From: Gammaproteobacteria bacterium
GTDB taxonomy: Bacteria > Pseudomonadota > Gammaproteobacteria > JBIOEC01
Assembly: GCA_965279305.1 (NCBI GenBank)
Contig: OZ257143.1
Coordinates: 780,001 to 812,000, forward strand
DNA length: 32,000 nt
Direction of reading: 5' to 3'
This document shows positions 1 to 9,532 of the stretch, piece by piece. Below the pieces are notes generated by a model that saw only the letters and a program-made list of their open reading frames with translations, did not search any database and was not told the origin of the DNA. Made by a program: the position numbers and the translations under genes. Position 1 is the first letter of the stretch. Each line of letters starts with the position of its first letter.

Positions 1-86
1 AGGCGATGCGCAAAGCTGCGCAAAATACTATCGAATCCTACGACAAATTGGTCAACGGTAGATAAATCTCGTGGAAGATCTTTCAT
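1..86 (-). CDS. 5' end of an unidentified ORF running off the left edge (MKDLPRDLSTVDQFVVGFDSILRSFAHR...)
   Basis: ATG at 86..84 follows the stop of the upstream small ORF (TAATATG). The frame stays open to position 1. Only 28 codons are visible and I do not recognise the family. Confidence 0.2.
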   Translation of the reverse strand, partial: MKDLPRDLSTVDQFVVGFDSILRSFAHR

Positions 87-87
87 A

Positions 88-216
88 TTAAGGGATAAAC
101 CATTCATATCCGGCCACAACAATCATGGTAATGGTAAAAATAATAATCATTAAAGGAACAATACCAATACCAAACACTTTATATTTTTTTAAATCATCTC
201 TAGGCGTTGCTTGCAT
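88..216 (-). CDS. Small (42 aa) single-pass membrane protein, unknown function
   Basis: It is too short for the ORF track. The translation is MQATPRDDLKKYKVFGIGIVPLMIIIFTITMIVVAGYEWFIP, with one clear hydrophobic helix. The ATG lies 4 nt after the rpiA stop, with AAGAGG inside the rpiA 3' end as a Shine-Dalgarno. Confidence 0.4.
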   Translation of the reverse strand: MQATPRDDLKKYKVFGIGIVPLMIIIFTITMIVVAGYEWFIP

Positions 217-220
217 AAGA

Positions 221-883
221 TTACCTCTTTATTTCTTCTACACCGTTTTTGCTGCCAATTAATAAAATATCAGCAGGACGTTTTGCAAATAAACCATTAG
301 TCACTACCCCGGGGATAGCATTTAAGCGTTCTTCCATTTTGATAGGATCAGTCAAATCTAAATGAAAAACATCAAGAATAATATTGCCATAATCGCTAGT
401 GAATTTTTCACGGTAAACGGGATCACCACCCATTTTCACTAATTCACGTGCAACATAGCTGCGAGCCATAGGAATAACTTCAACGGGTAGTGGAAATTCG
501 CCTAATACTTTTACATATTTACGGTCATCAATAATACAAATAAATTTTCGAGAAAGCCCAGCGATAATTTTTTCGCCAGTTAAAGCGCCACCGCCACCTT
601 TAATTAATTGTAAATGTTTATTGGCTTCGTCTGCACCATCAATATATAAAGGTAATTCACCTGCAACATTGGGTTCTATCACAGGGATCCCATGGTGTTT
701 TAATTGAGCAACCGTTGCCTGTGAGCTAGCAACTGCGCCAGCAATATCGTGTTTTCGTGCAGCTAATGCTTCAATAAAAAGATTTACGGTAGAGCCGGTG
801 CCTACACCGATGGTCATGCCATTTTCTATATATTTTAATGCGGCTTCGGCAGCAGCGCGTTTGTATTGGGTTTGTGTGTCCAT
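221..883 (-). CDS. rpiA: Ribose-5-phosphate isomerase A
   Basis: RpiA hallmarks are present: [24 protein letters not shown]. The track ORF starts at TTG 898. I prefer ATG 883 (MDTQTQYKR...), 4 nt after the upstream stop. Confidence 0.9.
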   Translation of the reverse strand: MDTQTQYKRAAAEAALKYIENGMTIGVGTGSTVNLFIEALAARKHDIAGAVASSQATVAQLKHHGIPVIEPNVAGELPLYIDGADEANKHLQLIKGGGGALTGEKIIAGLSRKFICIIDDRKYVKVLGEFPLPVEVIPMARSYVARELVKMGGDPVYREKFTSDYGNIILDVFHLDLTDPIKMEERLNAIPGVVTNGLFAKRPADILLIGSKNGVEEIKR

Positions 884-887
884 TATG

Positions 888-1241
888 TTAACCTGCAAAT
901 TGATATTCTTTTACAATATTTCCTTGTAAAAAATGTTCTTGAATAATGCGTTCTAGTACCTCAGGGGTGCACGAATGATACCATATTCCTTCAGGATAAA
1001 CGACTGCAATAGGGCCTTTTTCACACACTCTAAGACAATTTGCTTTAGTGCGATATAGTTCAGTGTGACCATCCAATTTTAATTCTTTTATGCGCTTTTT
1101 GAGGTATTCCCAGGATTGTAGGCCAATTTCGTAAGTACAACATTTTGCTTTTGTTTGGTCGCAACATAAAAAAATATGGTATTTGATATCAGATAAATGC
1201 AGTTTTTCGGCCATTTCATGGAGTGAGGGGGTGGGTTGCAT
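888..1241 (-). CDS. Thioredoxin-like [2Fe-2S] ferredoxin family protein
   Basis: Cys clusters [12 protein letters not shown] and [18 protein letters not shown] resemble the NuoE/thioredoxin-like 2Fe-2S ferredoxin pattern (GCxxxCxxGP..V.P). The protein is 117 aa. Confidence 0.55.
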   Translation of the reverse strand: MQPTPSLHEMAEKLHLSDIKYHIFLCCDQTKAKCCTYEIGLQSWEYLKKRIKELKLDGHTELYRTKANCLRVCEKGPIAVVYPEGIWYHSCTPEVLERIIQEHFLQGNIVKEYQFAG

Positions 1242-1414
1242 GAGTATTCACCTATTTTTTTCTATTTAAGTATTAAAAAACCTAAAAACAACTTTATTTT
1301 ATTAAATAATATAGTATACTCAGCTCGATTGTAACGAAAATTTTGGTAATTCTAGTGAAAATAACTATTTTCCTGTTTACCAACTGTTCAACCACTAAAA
1401 CTATGAGGGAACTT

Positions 1415-1810
1415 ATGGCTAAGAAAGCTAAAAAGATGAAGAAGAAAGTTAAAATGGCAGCGAAACCAGTGGTAAAAAGAGGGAAGGTTACCGCCATTAA
1501 AGATAAACATACGAAAAATCAAATCGTAGGATTTATTTCTGAAGATTCAGGCGTTGATAGAAAACACGTTAAATTGGTTTTCGAATCATTACAACGTTTA
1601 GCTCAAGCACACTTAATGAATCGTGGTTCTGGCGAATTAACCATCCCAGAATTAGGCGTTAAATTACGTCGCGTTAAGAAGAAAGCTACCAAAGCTCGTA
1701 AAGGTCGTAACCCATTTACTGGGGAAGAAATTATGATCAAAGCGAAACCAGCTCGTAGCGCAGTACGTGCAACCGCATTGAAAAAGTTAAAAGAGTTAGC
1801 AGAGATGTAA
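1415..1810 (+). CDS. HU/IHF-family DNA-binding protein with a Lys-rich N-terminal extension
   Basis: The C-terminal ~95 aa has the HU fold signature (GRNPFTGEEIMIKAKPA arm). The N-terminus is MAKKAKKMKKKVKMAAKPVVKRGK. I chose ATG 1415 because it is preceded by GAGGGA; the track start at 1343 adds a hydrophobic, unlikely leader. Confidence 0.8.
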   Translation: MAKKAKKMKKKVKMAAKPVVKRGKVTAIKDKHTKNQIVGFISEDSGVDRKHVKLVFESLQRLAQAHLMNRGSGELTIPELGVKLRRVKKKATKARKGRNPFTGEEIMIKAKPARSAVRATALKKLKELAEM

Positions 1811-1822
1811 ACTCTGAGGATG

Positions 1823-1857
1823 GTAGCCTGTTGAAAAATAGGCTACTTTCTCTTTTT
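1823..1857 (+). terminator. Rho-independent terminator after the HU-like gene
   Basis: The hairpin is GTAGCCT (1823-1829) / AGGCTAC (1840-1846), followed by TTTCTCTTTTT. It sits between convergent genes, and the purD stop lies in the T-tract. Confidence 0.6.
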
Positions 1858-3136
1858 ATTCTTTCACTATTCCTCTCGCCCCAATATCATTTCGATAAAA
1901 AGACCCTGACCAGTGAATTTCAGAAACTCTTTGATAAGCGCGTTTTTGTGCGTCTTCTAAGGTATCTCCTTTTGCAGTAACGCATAGCACGCGTCCACCA
2001 TGCGTTTCCACATCATTCCCTGCTAATTGAGTGCCTGCATGAAATACTTTGCAATCATCGGTATCAGGAATATCTAGACCGTAAATAATGTCAAGAATAC
2101 GCGGTGCATCGGGATAGCCTTCTGCCGCCATCACTACGCCTAGTGCAGGACGTTTGTCCCATATGGCTTTGGCTTGATCTAATTTTTTATCGATGGCATC
2201 TGAACAGAGAGAAACTAAATCACTTTCTAAGCGGAATAATAAGGGTTGAGTTTCCGGATCACCTAAACGACAGTTATATTCCAATACTTTAGGTTCACCA
2301 TCGGCAGTAATCATTAATCCTGCATATAAAAAACCGGTGTAAGGATGGCCTTCGGCTTGCATTCCTTTTACGGTAGGATCAATGACGGTTTCCATAATTC
2401 GTTTGAACAAACTGTCTGTCACAATCGGTGCAGGAGAATATGCGCCCATGCCACCCGTGTTAGGGCCTTCGTCATTATCATCACGACGTTTGTGATCTTG
2501 CGAAGTGGCTAAGGGTAAAACATGTTTGCCATCCACCATCACAATAAAGCTGACTTCTTCGCCTTCTAAAAATTCTTCAATTACAATCTGCTGGCTCGCT
2601 TTACCGAAGCGCAATTCTGTAAGCATGGAATCAATAGCCGCATGAGCTTCTGATGCCGTAGAAGCGATTACAACGCCCTTACCGGCCGCTAAACCATCTG
2701 CTTTTATAACTAAAGGCAGTGAATGTTTGTCTACATAGTTATGTGCTGCTTCTGCATTGGTAAAACTAGCGTAGTCAGCCGTGGGAATATGGTGTCGGCG
2801 TAAAAAATCTTTAGCAAAACTTTTGGAAGATTCTAATTGCGCCATTTCTTTGGTTGGGCCAAAGCAGCGTAAACCGGCTTCTTGAAAGGTATTCACAATA
2901 CCGGCAGCCAGTGAGGCTTCAGGGCCTACAATGGTGAGATCAATTTTTTGCTCTTCGGCAAATTGTTTTAAGCCGCCTACATCGGTGGCAGAGATGTCAA
3001 CATTTTCGGTTTTAAATTCGCGGGCGGTTCCTGCATTACCGGGCGCCACATAAATATGTTTCACCTCAGGATTTTGTGACACTTTCCATGCGAGAGCATG
3101 TTCACGTCCACCACCGCCCACAATGAGTACATTCAT
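1856..3136 (-). CDS. purD: Phosphoribosylamine--glycine ligase
   Basis: N-terminus MNVLIVGGGGREHALAWK and an ATP-grasp body are typical of PurD. AGGA lies 7 nt upstream of the ATG. Confidence 0.95.
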   Translation of the reverse strand: MNVLIVGGGGREHALAWKVSQNPEVKHIYVAPGNAGTAREFKTENVDISATDVGGLKQFAEEQKIDLTIVGPEASLAAGIVNTFQEAGLRCFGPTKEMAQLESSKSFAKDFLRRHHIPTADYASFTNAEAAHNYVDKHSLPLVIKADGLAAGKGVVIASTASEAHAAIDSMLTELRFGKASQQIVIEEFLEGEEVSFIVMVDGKHVLPLATSQDHKRRDDNDEGPNTGGMGAYSPAPIVTDSLFKRIMETVIDPTVKGMQAEGHPYTGFLYAGLMITADGEPKVLEYNCRLGDPETQPLLFRLESDLVSLCSDAIDKKLDQAKAIWDKRPALGVVMAAEGYPDAPRILDIIYGLDIPDTDDCKVFHAGTQLAGNDVETHGGRVLCVTAKGDTLEDAQKRAYQRVSEIHWSGSFYRNDIGARGIVKE

Positions 3137-3148
3137 TCGTTAATCCTA

Positions 3149-4732
3149 TTAATGTCTGAAATGGCGAACGCCGGTAAATACCATGGCAAGCCCATATTCA
3201 TCTGCTGCTGCAATCACTTCTGCATCTCGCATGGATCCACCAGGCTGAATGATGGCGGTTACGCCGGCTTCTACGGCTTTATCAACGCCATCACGGAAAG
3301 GATAAAATGCATCAGAGGCGACTACAGCGCCTTTTACCGATAACCCCGCTTCATGCGCTTTTAAAACGCCTAAAGCAGCACTGCTCACGCGACTGGTTTG
3401 TCCGGCACCAATGCCTACGGTTCTTAAGTCTTTTGCATACACAATCGCATTTGATTTAACCCATTTCACTACATGCCATGCGAATAATAAATCTTTCCAT
3501 TCAGCATCTGTGGGCGCACGTTTGGTGACGACTTGGCAATTGGCTTTATTAAAAATAATGTCATCGCGCTCTTGCACTAAAATTCCATTGCTTAAACATT
3601 TAATATCGTAAGGAAAAGCAGAAGTGCTCGTTTCATGTTTTACGCAAAGTACGCGTACATTAGGTTTTGACGATAATACAGAAAGTGCTTTATCAGAAAA
3701 ATCAGGAGCAATAATCACTTCTACAAATTGCTGTTCTAAAATACGTTTGCAAGTCACATCATCTACCGCATGACTAAATGCAATAATTCCACCAAATGCT
3801 GAAGTACTATCGCTTTGATACGCATGCTCATAAGCATGAAGAAGATTGTCTGCGATAGCAGCGCCACAAGGATTTGCATGTTTTACAATCACACACGCTT
3901 TTTCTGGAGCAAAGGTTTTTACACATTGCCATGCCACATCAGCATCCACTAAATTATTAAACGATAAGGGTTTACCTTGTTTTAATTCCCACGGAATGTC
4001 TTTGTGAGAGCTCACCACGTCATAAAGGGATGCTGCTTGTTGAGGATTTTCACCATAACGTAATGATTCTGCTTTTTTTAATGAAAGCGTTAAAGTATCC
4101 GGTAATGCAACAGGTGATTCTATTGTCGCAGGTGAAATTTTTTCACTCAAATATTGCGCGATAAGACCATCATATTGTGCGGTATAAGCAAAAGTTTTTT
4201 GTGCAAGTTGTTGGCGTAATGCTAGTGGCACTGTATTTTTATGTTGTTTTAATGCATCAAGCACAATGCTGTAGTCTTTAGGATCAATGATTACTGTTAC
4301 TGCAGCGTGATTTTTGGCAGCAGCACGTAACATAGCAGGACCACCCACATCAATTTGTTCAATGGCTTCATCTAATGTGCAACCGGGTTTTTGTATGGTT
4401 TCTGCAAAAGGATAAAGATTAATAATAACCAGATCAATTAATTGAATACCGTGTTCATCTAAAATAGGAAGGTCTTGATCGCGTCTGGCTAAAATACCGC
4501 CGTGAATTTTAGGGTGTAATGTTTTAACACGACCACCCATAATTTCGGGGAATTGAGTATATTCAGATACTTCGGTAACCGGTAAGTGTTGTTCGCGTAA
4601 GAGAGATGCTGTTTTGCCCGTGGCTAATAGTTTGATGCCAAGTTCATGGAGTTGTTTGGCAAGCGGAACAACTCCTGTCTTGTCTGCGACACTGAGTAAA
4701 GCTTGATGAATAGTGTGTTCTTTAACGCTCAT
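3149..4732 (-). CDS. purH: Bifunctional AICAR transformylase / IMP cyclohydrolase
   Basis: This is a full-length PurH-like protein ([10 protein letters not shown]..., GGILARR, C-terminal FTGVRHFRH). I prefer ATG 4732 (MSVKEHT...) over the GVG-less GTG at 4750. The start is uncertain by 6 codons. Confidence 0.93.
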   Translation of the reverse strand: MSVKEHTIHQALLSVADKTGVVPLAKQLHELGIKLLATGKTASLLREQHLPVTEVSEYTQFPEIMGGRVKTLHPKIHGGILARRDQDLPILDEHGIQLIDLVIINLYPFAETIQKPGCTLDEAIEQIDVGGPAMLRAAAKNHAAVTVIIDPKDYSIVLDALKQHKNTVPLALRQQLAQKTFAYTAQYDGLIAQYLSEKISPATIESPVALPDTLTLSLKKAESLRYGENPQQAASLYDVVSSHKDIPWELKQGKPLSFNNLVDADVAWQCVKTFAPEKACVIVKHANPCGAAIADNLLHAYEHAYQSDSTSAFGGIIAFSHAVDDVTCKRILEQQFVEVIIAPDFSDKALSVLSSKPNVRVLCVKHETSTSAFPYDIKCLSNGILVQERDDIIFNKANCQVVTKRAPTDAEWKDLLFAWHVVKWVKSNAIVYAKDLRTVGIGAGQTSRVSSAALGVLKAHEAGLSVKGAVVASDAFYPFRDGVDKAVEAGVTAIIQPGGSMRDAEVIAAADEYGLAMVFTGVRHFRH

Positions 4733-5051
4733 TATGACGGCTACTACCACAAATTAACATGCCGTATCGTTCTAGTTTTTTGCGTAAGGTACCGCGACTC
4801 AAACCCAAATATACGGCTGCTTTGGATTGGTTTTGGCCTGTGTATTGCATAATAGATTGCAATAATGGTTCTTCTACTTCACTTAACACCATATCATATA
4901 AATCACTTATCTTTTGTCCTTCCAACTGCAAAAGATATCCTTGAACAGCTTGCTTAACAGTATCCCTCAATGAAGCATTAATTGAGGTTGTGTTCTGAAC
5001 TGTCGAGTTCGCTTGTTGCTGAACGGGCGATGCTAGTTCTGTAGTCGACAT
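4722..5051 (-). CDS. fis: Fis family nucleoid-associated DNA-binding protein
   Basis: The C-terminal [29 protein letters not shown] matches Fis. An 11-aa tail after YGM overlaps the purH start. Confidence 0.9.
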   Translation of the reverse strand: MSTTELASPVQQQANSTVQNTTSINASLRDTVKQAVQGYLLQLEGQKISDLYDMVLSEVEEPLLQSIMQYTGQNQSKAAVYLGLSRGTLRKKLERYGMLICGSSRHNER

Positions 5052-5190
5052 TTTTTACTTAGCTCCTTGTAAAAAGTGATCATAAGAAATTTTTCATATT
5101 AAATCAAGCACTAATATTTGCAATTGTCAAACTTTCACACGTAAAACCAGTGTTTTTCACACATAATTGTGAATTATGCCCAAAAACTTA

Positions 5191-5988
5191 TCAGATAAAG
5201 TGTAGTTCATAGCTAAAAATATCGGGCGTTGGTTGTGTGACAACAACAGAAATATGTAATGTTTGACCTGGTTCAAGCACTAAGTAAGGATTAGAAGGCG
5301 CGTAATCTTTAGGTGTAAATACTACTTTATTAAAGCTATTTCCTTGAAGATCATCTAATTGCATTTCTAAATTGCTGAGCGGTTGAGCATATGGGCTGTT
5401 ATTTTGAATCAGTGCATGCAATTGCAAAACACTGGTATTGTTAGGAATGCTGGTTAATTGATGTTGTTGTACGGTCATTTTGCTAGGATCATGGTAGGCC
5501 GGTAGGCGACAATCTAAATAACCACAGGCAGAAACCAGCCAACCTCTCAAAAACGTATTTTGATAAAGAGAATCTTGGTAGGTCCACATCGCGCCTACCA
5601 TCGATAGATTAGCCGCAGCCAGCAATGAAAAAGCACCGACGGTTTTTAACCAGCCACCAGAAGATGTTCTTTTGGGATTATCGGCGGTGTAAGAATAATC
5701 AAAATCATCACTCACGGTTACGGTTCCCCCTGATATGCGAGAAAGTCTGGGTTGGAATGGGTTATGAATATCTGAGATATCCACGCCATTTCTAGGGGCA
5801 CTTTTGTTTCTATGGGTACTAAATGCGTGAGAACAAGTGCCACAGCGAACATCATTCACCGTCGCTACATTTATATGATTATAAAGTGCATAAAGCGTTT
5901 CGCAGTGGGGGCAGCGCACAAAAAAGTCTACCAAAGCGTCTTTTTTAGCCTTTCCCAAACGAAATAATCGCTTAAACACTTTAAACAT
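5191..5988 (-). CDS. Zinc-ribbon (MJ0042-type) plus transmembrane plus DUF3426-like protein
   Basis: It has CPHCETLY...RCGTCSHAF paired CxxC motifs, then one hydrophobic helix (WLKTVGAFSLLAAANLSMVGAMW), then a beta-rich C-terminal domain. A protein of the same architecture sits upstream of dusB-fis in Pseudomonas, as I recall. The start codon is uncertain. Confidence 0.6.
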   Translation of the reverse strand: MFKVFKRLFRLGKAKKDALVDFFVRCPHCETLYALYNHINVATVNDVRCGTCSHAFSTHRNKSAPRNGVDISDIHNPFQPRLSRISGGTVTVSDDFDYSYTADNPKRTSSGGWLKTVGAFSLLAAANLSMVGAMWTYQDSLYQNTFLRGWLVSACGYLDCRLPAYHDPSKMTVQQHQLTSIPNNTSVLQLHALIQNNSPYAQPLSNLEMQLDDLQGNSFNKVVFTPKDYAPSNPYLVLEPGQTLHISVVVTQPTPDIFSYELHFI

Positions 5989-6140
5989 AAAAGAGTCCTT
6001 CCGTGGTTTTTATCTTATAAGACTTGGGTAAAAAAGGTTTCAACACTCAGAAACCGACTAACTCGGCTGATAGCCGTTAAAGGTAAGATAATGGTATCAT
6101 ATGAACCCTTATAAGAATAGTCTGTTGGCCGAGGAATGAT

Positions 6141-6341
6141 ATGAAAATTTATCTGAACGGGGAGCCTTATAACCTGGAGGCGTCCGTTTCTATTGAAAGT
6201 TTATTACGTATATTGGATATCCAGCATAAAAGGATTGCCATTGAAGTAAACCAACAGATTATTCCTCGTAGTCTTCACCCCAATACTTATTTGAATGAAG
6301 GCGATAACGTAGAAGTAATACACGCAATAGCCGGAGGGTAG
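6141..6341 (+). CDS. thiS: Sulfur carrier protein ThiS
   Basis: The protein is 66 aa and ends in the GG C-terminus (..VIHAIAGG). GAGGA serves as SD, and the gene lies immediately upstream of thiG. Confidence 0.85.
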   Translation: MKIYLNGEPYNLEASVSIESLLRILDIQHKRIAIEVNQQIIPRSLHPNTYLNEGDNVEVIHAIAGG

Positions 6342-6342
6342 T

Positions 6343-7134
6343 ATGTCGGAAGTAAAAAAAGATACGTTGAAAATTGCACATTATGAATTAAATTCTCGAC
6401 TGCTCGTAGGAACGGGAAAGTATAAAGATTTTAATCAAACTAAATTAGCTATCGAAGCGAGTGGCGCAGAAATGGTAACCTGTGCCGTGCGTCGAGTGAA
6501 TATTGGGCAGCATGCGGATGAACCAAATCTACTGGATTATTTATCGCCTAAAAAATATATTATGTTACCCAATACCGCATTTTGTTATACCGCAGCAGAT
6601 GCTGTGCGTGTGTGCGAAGTAGCAAGAGAAATTTTGGACGGACATAATCTCGTTAAATTAGAAGTGTTAGGTGATGAAAAAACACTTTATCCTAATATTT
6701 TAGAAACACTACGCGCTGCAGAATCATTAATCAAAAAAGATTTTTTAGTGATGGTATATACCAATGATGATCCTATTGTTGCCAAAGAATTAGGTAATAT
6801 GGGATGTGTTGCGGTGATGCCATTAGCAGCGCCGATTGGATCGGGCTTAGGTGTTCAAAATAAATATACCTTAAAATTTATTTTAGAAGAAGCGAAAGTG
6901 CCTATTATTGTTGATGCAGGTGTTGGTACCGCTTCTGATGCAGCGATTGCAATGGAATTAGGATGTGATGCTGTGTTAATGAACACGGCGATTGCGCAAG
7001 CAAAAGATCCCGTGTTAATGGCGAGTGCAATGAAACATGGTGTAATAGCAGGCCGTGAAGCGTATTTAGCAGGGCGTATGCCAAAACGACTTTATGCCAG
7101 TGCGTCTTCACCCACAGAAGGAATGTTTTGGTAA
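6343..7134 (+). CDS. thiG: Thiazole synthase
   Basis: This is a typical ThiG TIM-barrel sequence ([45 protein letters not shown]). Confidence 0.95.
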   Translation: MSEVKKDTLKIAHYELNSRLLVGTGKYKDFNQTKLAIEASGAEMVTCAVRRVNIGQHADEPNLLDYLSPKKYIMLPNTAFCYTAADAVRVCEVAREILDGHNLVKLEVLGDEKTLYPNILETLRAAESLIKKDFLVMVYTNDDPIVAKELGNMGCVAVMPLAAPIGSGLGVQNKYTLKFILEEAKVPIIVDAGVGTASDAAIAMELGCDAVLMNTAIAQAKDPVLMASAMKHGVIAGREAYLAGRMPKRLYASASSPTEGMFW

Positions 7135-7805
7135 TGCATCCTTTACGTAAAATCAGAAGTTTTGTGCGTAGAGAAGGTCGCATTACGCCAGGGCAACAAT
7201 CAGCACTGACAGAATATTGGCCTCGTTGGGGTGTCGATTTTGCTGGAGAATATAATTGGAGCGAATTATTTAATCGCGATGCACCATTAGCGATGGATAT
7301 CGGTTTTGGTAATGGCGAATCCGTTGTAGCTTTAGCATTAGCGCATCCTGATTGGAATATTTTGGCCGTAGAAGTATATAGGCCTGGTATAGGGCATTTA
7401 TTAAATGCCTTAGAAAAAAATCATATTCAAAATGTTAGAGTGATGTGTCATGATGCGGTTGAAGTATTACATACAGCGATAGACTCGGATAGCTTAACGT
7501 ATGTGCAAATATTTTTTCCAGATCCGTGGCCAAAAAAAAGACATCATAAGCGTAGACTTATTCAACCCGATTTTGTGGAATGCATAGCTAGTAAATTAAA
7601 AGTGGGTGGCGTGCTAGCACTTGCCACCGATTGGCAAGAGTACGCAGAGCATATGTCTTTGGTTTTAGCTAGTTCATCATTAAAAAATAAATATGAGAGT
7701 GAGTTTGCACCTAGAGATGAATGCAGGCCATTAACGAAATTTGAAAAAAAAGGTGAGAAAGCAGGGCATCAGACCTGGGATCTTAAATTTACTCGACTAC
7801 AATAA
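7134..7805 (+). CDS. trmB: tRNA (guanine46-N7)-methyltransferase
   Basis: TrmB motifs are present: IRSFVRREGR.T, DIGFGNGES, FFPDPWPKKRHHKRRL. ATG 7134 overlaps the thiG TAA (TAATG). The track start is TTG 7128. Confidence 0.9.
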   Translation: MHPLRKIRSFVRREGRITPGQQSALTEYWPRWGVDFAGEYNWSELFNRDAPLAMDIGFGNGESVVALALAHPDWNILAVEVYRPGIGHLLNALEKNHIQNVRVMCHDAVEVLHTAIDSDSLTYVQIFFPDPWPKKRHHKRRLIQPDFVECIASKLKVGGVLALATDWQEYAEHMSLVLASSSLKNKYESEFAPRDECRPLTKFEKKGEKAGHQTWDLKFTRLQ

Positions 7806-7828
7806 ATTAATCTAATAATGAGAAAAAC

Positions 7829-8419
7829 ATGGAAGAAATTTTTTCACTCTCGGTCCTCGTTGCTTTAGTCCAAGTCGTTCTGGTGGATTTATTGCTAGCG
7901 GTTGATAACACTATAGTAGTAGGGTTAGTCGCTGCTAGCATGCCTGCGCATTTGCGTAAAAGAATTATTTTCTTAGGAATTCTATTTGCTACCTTAATGC
8001 GGATTGGTTTTGCATTAGTCGCTAGCTATTTATTGACCATTGTCGGTTTATTAATGGCAGGCGGATTATTATTGTTATGGGTAGGTTGGAAAATGTATCG
8101 AGAAGTGTCCAAAGTCCATCCTGTGATTTCTGGCGCAAATATGCCGCCGCCTAAAACGTTTAAGCAAGCGGTTATTCAAGTAGTATTGGCTGACGTGGCT
8201 ATGTCATTGGATAATGTGTTAGCCGTTGCAGGTGCTGCTCGTGAGCATACTTGGGTATTGGTATTTGGATTAACATTGTCGGTAGTACTAATGGGTATTG
8301 CTTCTAATGGCCTTTCCAATATGATGCAAAAACATCGTTGGTTAGTGTATGTGGGTATTGGTGTAGTATTTGTGGTTGCGATTGAAATGATAATATCTGG
8401 CTATATGCAGTTTATGTAA
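7829..8419 (+). CDS. TerC/YjbE-family integral membrane protein
   Basis: It is a polytopic membrane protein with the duplicated DNxxV motif (AVDNTIVVGLVAA and SLDNVLAVAGAA) typical of TerC-family proteins. Confidence 0.8.
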   Translation: MEEIFSLSVLVALVQVVLVDLLLAVDNTIVVGLVAASMPAHLRKRIIFLGILFATLMRIGFALVASYLLTIVGLLMAGGLLLLWVGWKMYREVSKVHPVISGANMPPPKTFKQAVIQVVLADVAMSLDNVLAVAGAAREHTWVLVFGLTLSVVLMGIASNGLSNMMQKHRWLVYVGIGVVFVVAIEMIISGYMQFM

Positions 8420-8442
8420 TGTAGACTTTAATAGGTTAATAA

Positions 8443-9492
8443 ATGAATATGCAACTCTCTAATTATTCTATTAATGAGCGAGCGCAGCAAGTTTTAAAAA
8501 GGCTTGTTGAATGTTATATACGTGAAGGGCAACCCGTGGGATCTCGCACCTTAGCGAATATGTGTGGTTTAGATCTGAGCCCTGCTACAGTGCGTAATGT
8601 GATGGCTGATTTAGAAAACAAAGGATATTTATTGGCGCCTCATACTTCTGCTGGCCGTGTTCCTACCGCCAGAGGATTACGTTTTTTTGTTGATAGATTA
8701 TTAACCGTTCAGCATGTAAACGAAAAAATGCTAGATAAAATGCAGCATGAATTAAATCCAGATCTCGATAAAACCACCTTGCTCACCCATACTTCTGAAA
8801 TTTTATCACAATTAACGCATTTAGCGGGGTTGGTAACCGTTCCTCAACAAGATAAAAATGTATTACGACATGTCGAGTTTTTACCTTTATCCAATGCGCG
8901 TGTATTAGTTATTTTAGTAGTGAATGAACGCGAAGTGAGAAATTTAATTATTCATACGGAGCGAGAATATAAACCTAGAGAATTAGAGCAAGCAGCTAAT
9001 TATATTAACTACACTTATGCGGGTTTACCCTTGGCTACTATTCGTCAAGAATTATTAAAAGCCATGGAAACGGATAAAACCCAATTAGACGCAGCGATGG
9101 GCACAGCATTAGAAATTGCGAATCATGCTTTACTGGATCCTGAAAAAACAGAGAAAGATTATTTATTATCAGGAACCAGTAATTTAATTGGATATGCCGA
9201 TGGTGTGGATACATTACGAAATTTGTTTGATACTTTTGCACGAAAACGCGATATTTTACATTTATTAGATCAATGTTTAGAAAGCGATGGCGTACAGATT
9301 TTTATAGGCGAAGAGCTAGGCGCTGATTTTTTAGGTGATTTTAGTATAGTAACAGCACCTTATGAGGCAAATGGGAAGGTTTTAGGCGTATTAGGTGTGA
9401 TTGGTCCTAAGCATATGCCATATGATCATATTGTCTCTGCCGTGGATGTAACTGCAAAATTATTGGGTAATGCCTTGAAAAATGTGATTTAA
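8443..9492 (+). CDS. hrcA: Heat-inducible transcription repressor HrcA
   Basis: The N-terminal winged-helix ERAQQVLKRLVECYIREGQPVGSRTLA, the 349-aa length and the position upstream of grpE-dnaK-dnaJ all fit HrcA. Confidence 0.9.
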   Translation: MNMQLSNYSINERAQQVLKRLVECYIREGQPVGSRTLANMCGLDLSPATVRNVMADLENKGYLLAPHTSAGRVPTARGLRFFVDRLLTVQHVNEKMLDKMQHELNPDLDKTTLLTHTSEILSQLTHLAGLVTVPQQDKNVLRHVEFLPLSNARVLVILVVNEREVRNLIIHTEREYKPRELEQAANYINYTYAGLPLATIRQELLKAMETDKTQLDAAMGTALEIANHALLDPEKTEKDYLLSGTSNLIGYADGVDTLRNLFDTFARKRDILHLLDQCLESDGVQIFIGEELGADFLGDFSIVTAPYEANGKVLGVLGVIGPKHMPYDHIVSAVDVTAKLLGNALKNVI

Positions 9493-9502
9493 GCCCACAT
9501 AT
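9474..9502 (+). promoter_or_regulatory. Candidate sigma32 heat-shock promoter for grpE
   Basis: CTTGAAA (9474-9480), then 13 nt, then CCCACATAT (9494-9502), against the consensus CTTGAAA-N13-15-CCCCATNT. It overlaps the hrcA stop. Confidence 0.55.
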
Positions 9503-9532
9503 CTATTTTGTGATAGTTAAGAGGAATAAGAA

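Noticed and set aside
1294-1497. 67-aa hydrophobic ORF antisense to the HU-like gene start, and the long 1343 start of the HU-like ORF
   Set aside because: Both lie in AT-rich promoter or leader sequence and encode low-complexity hydrophobic peptides. The SD-supported ATG at 1415 explains the region.
5989-6140. Possible TPP riboswitch upstream of thiS-thiG
   Set aside because: I could not find the conserved TPP-riboswitch cores (CUGAGA and ACCUGAUCUGGAUAAUGCCAGCG-like). Only two short local hairpins are present (CCGA..TCGG, CGGCT..AGCCG). thiSG is also riboswitch-free in some gammaproteobacteria.
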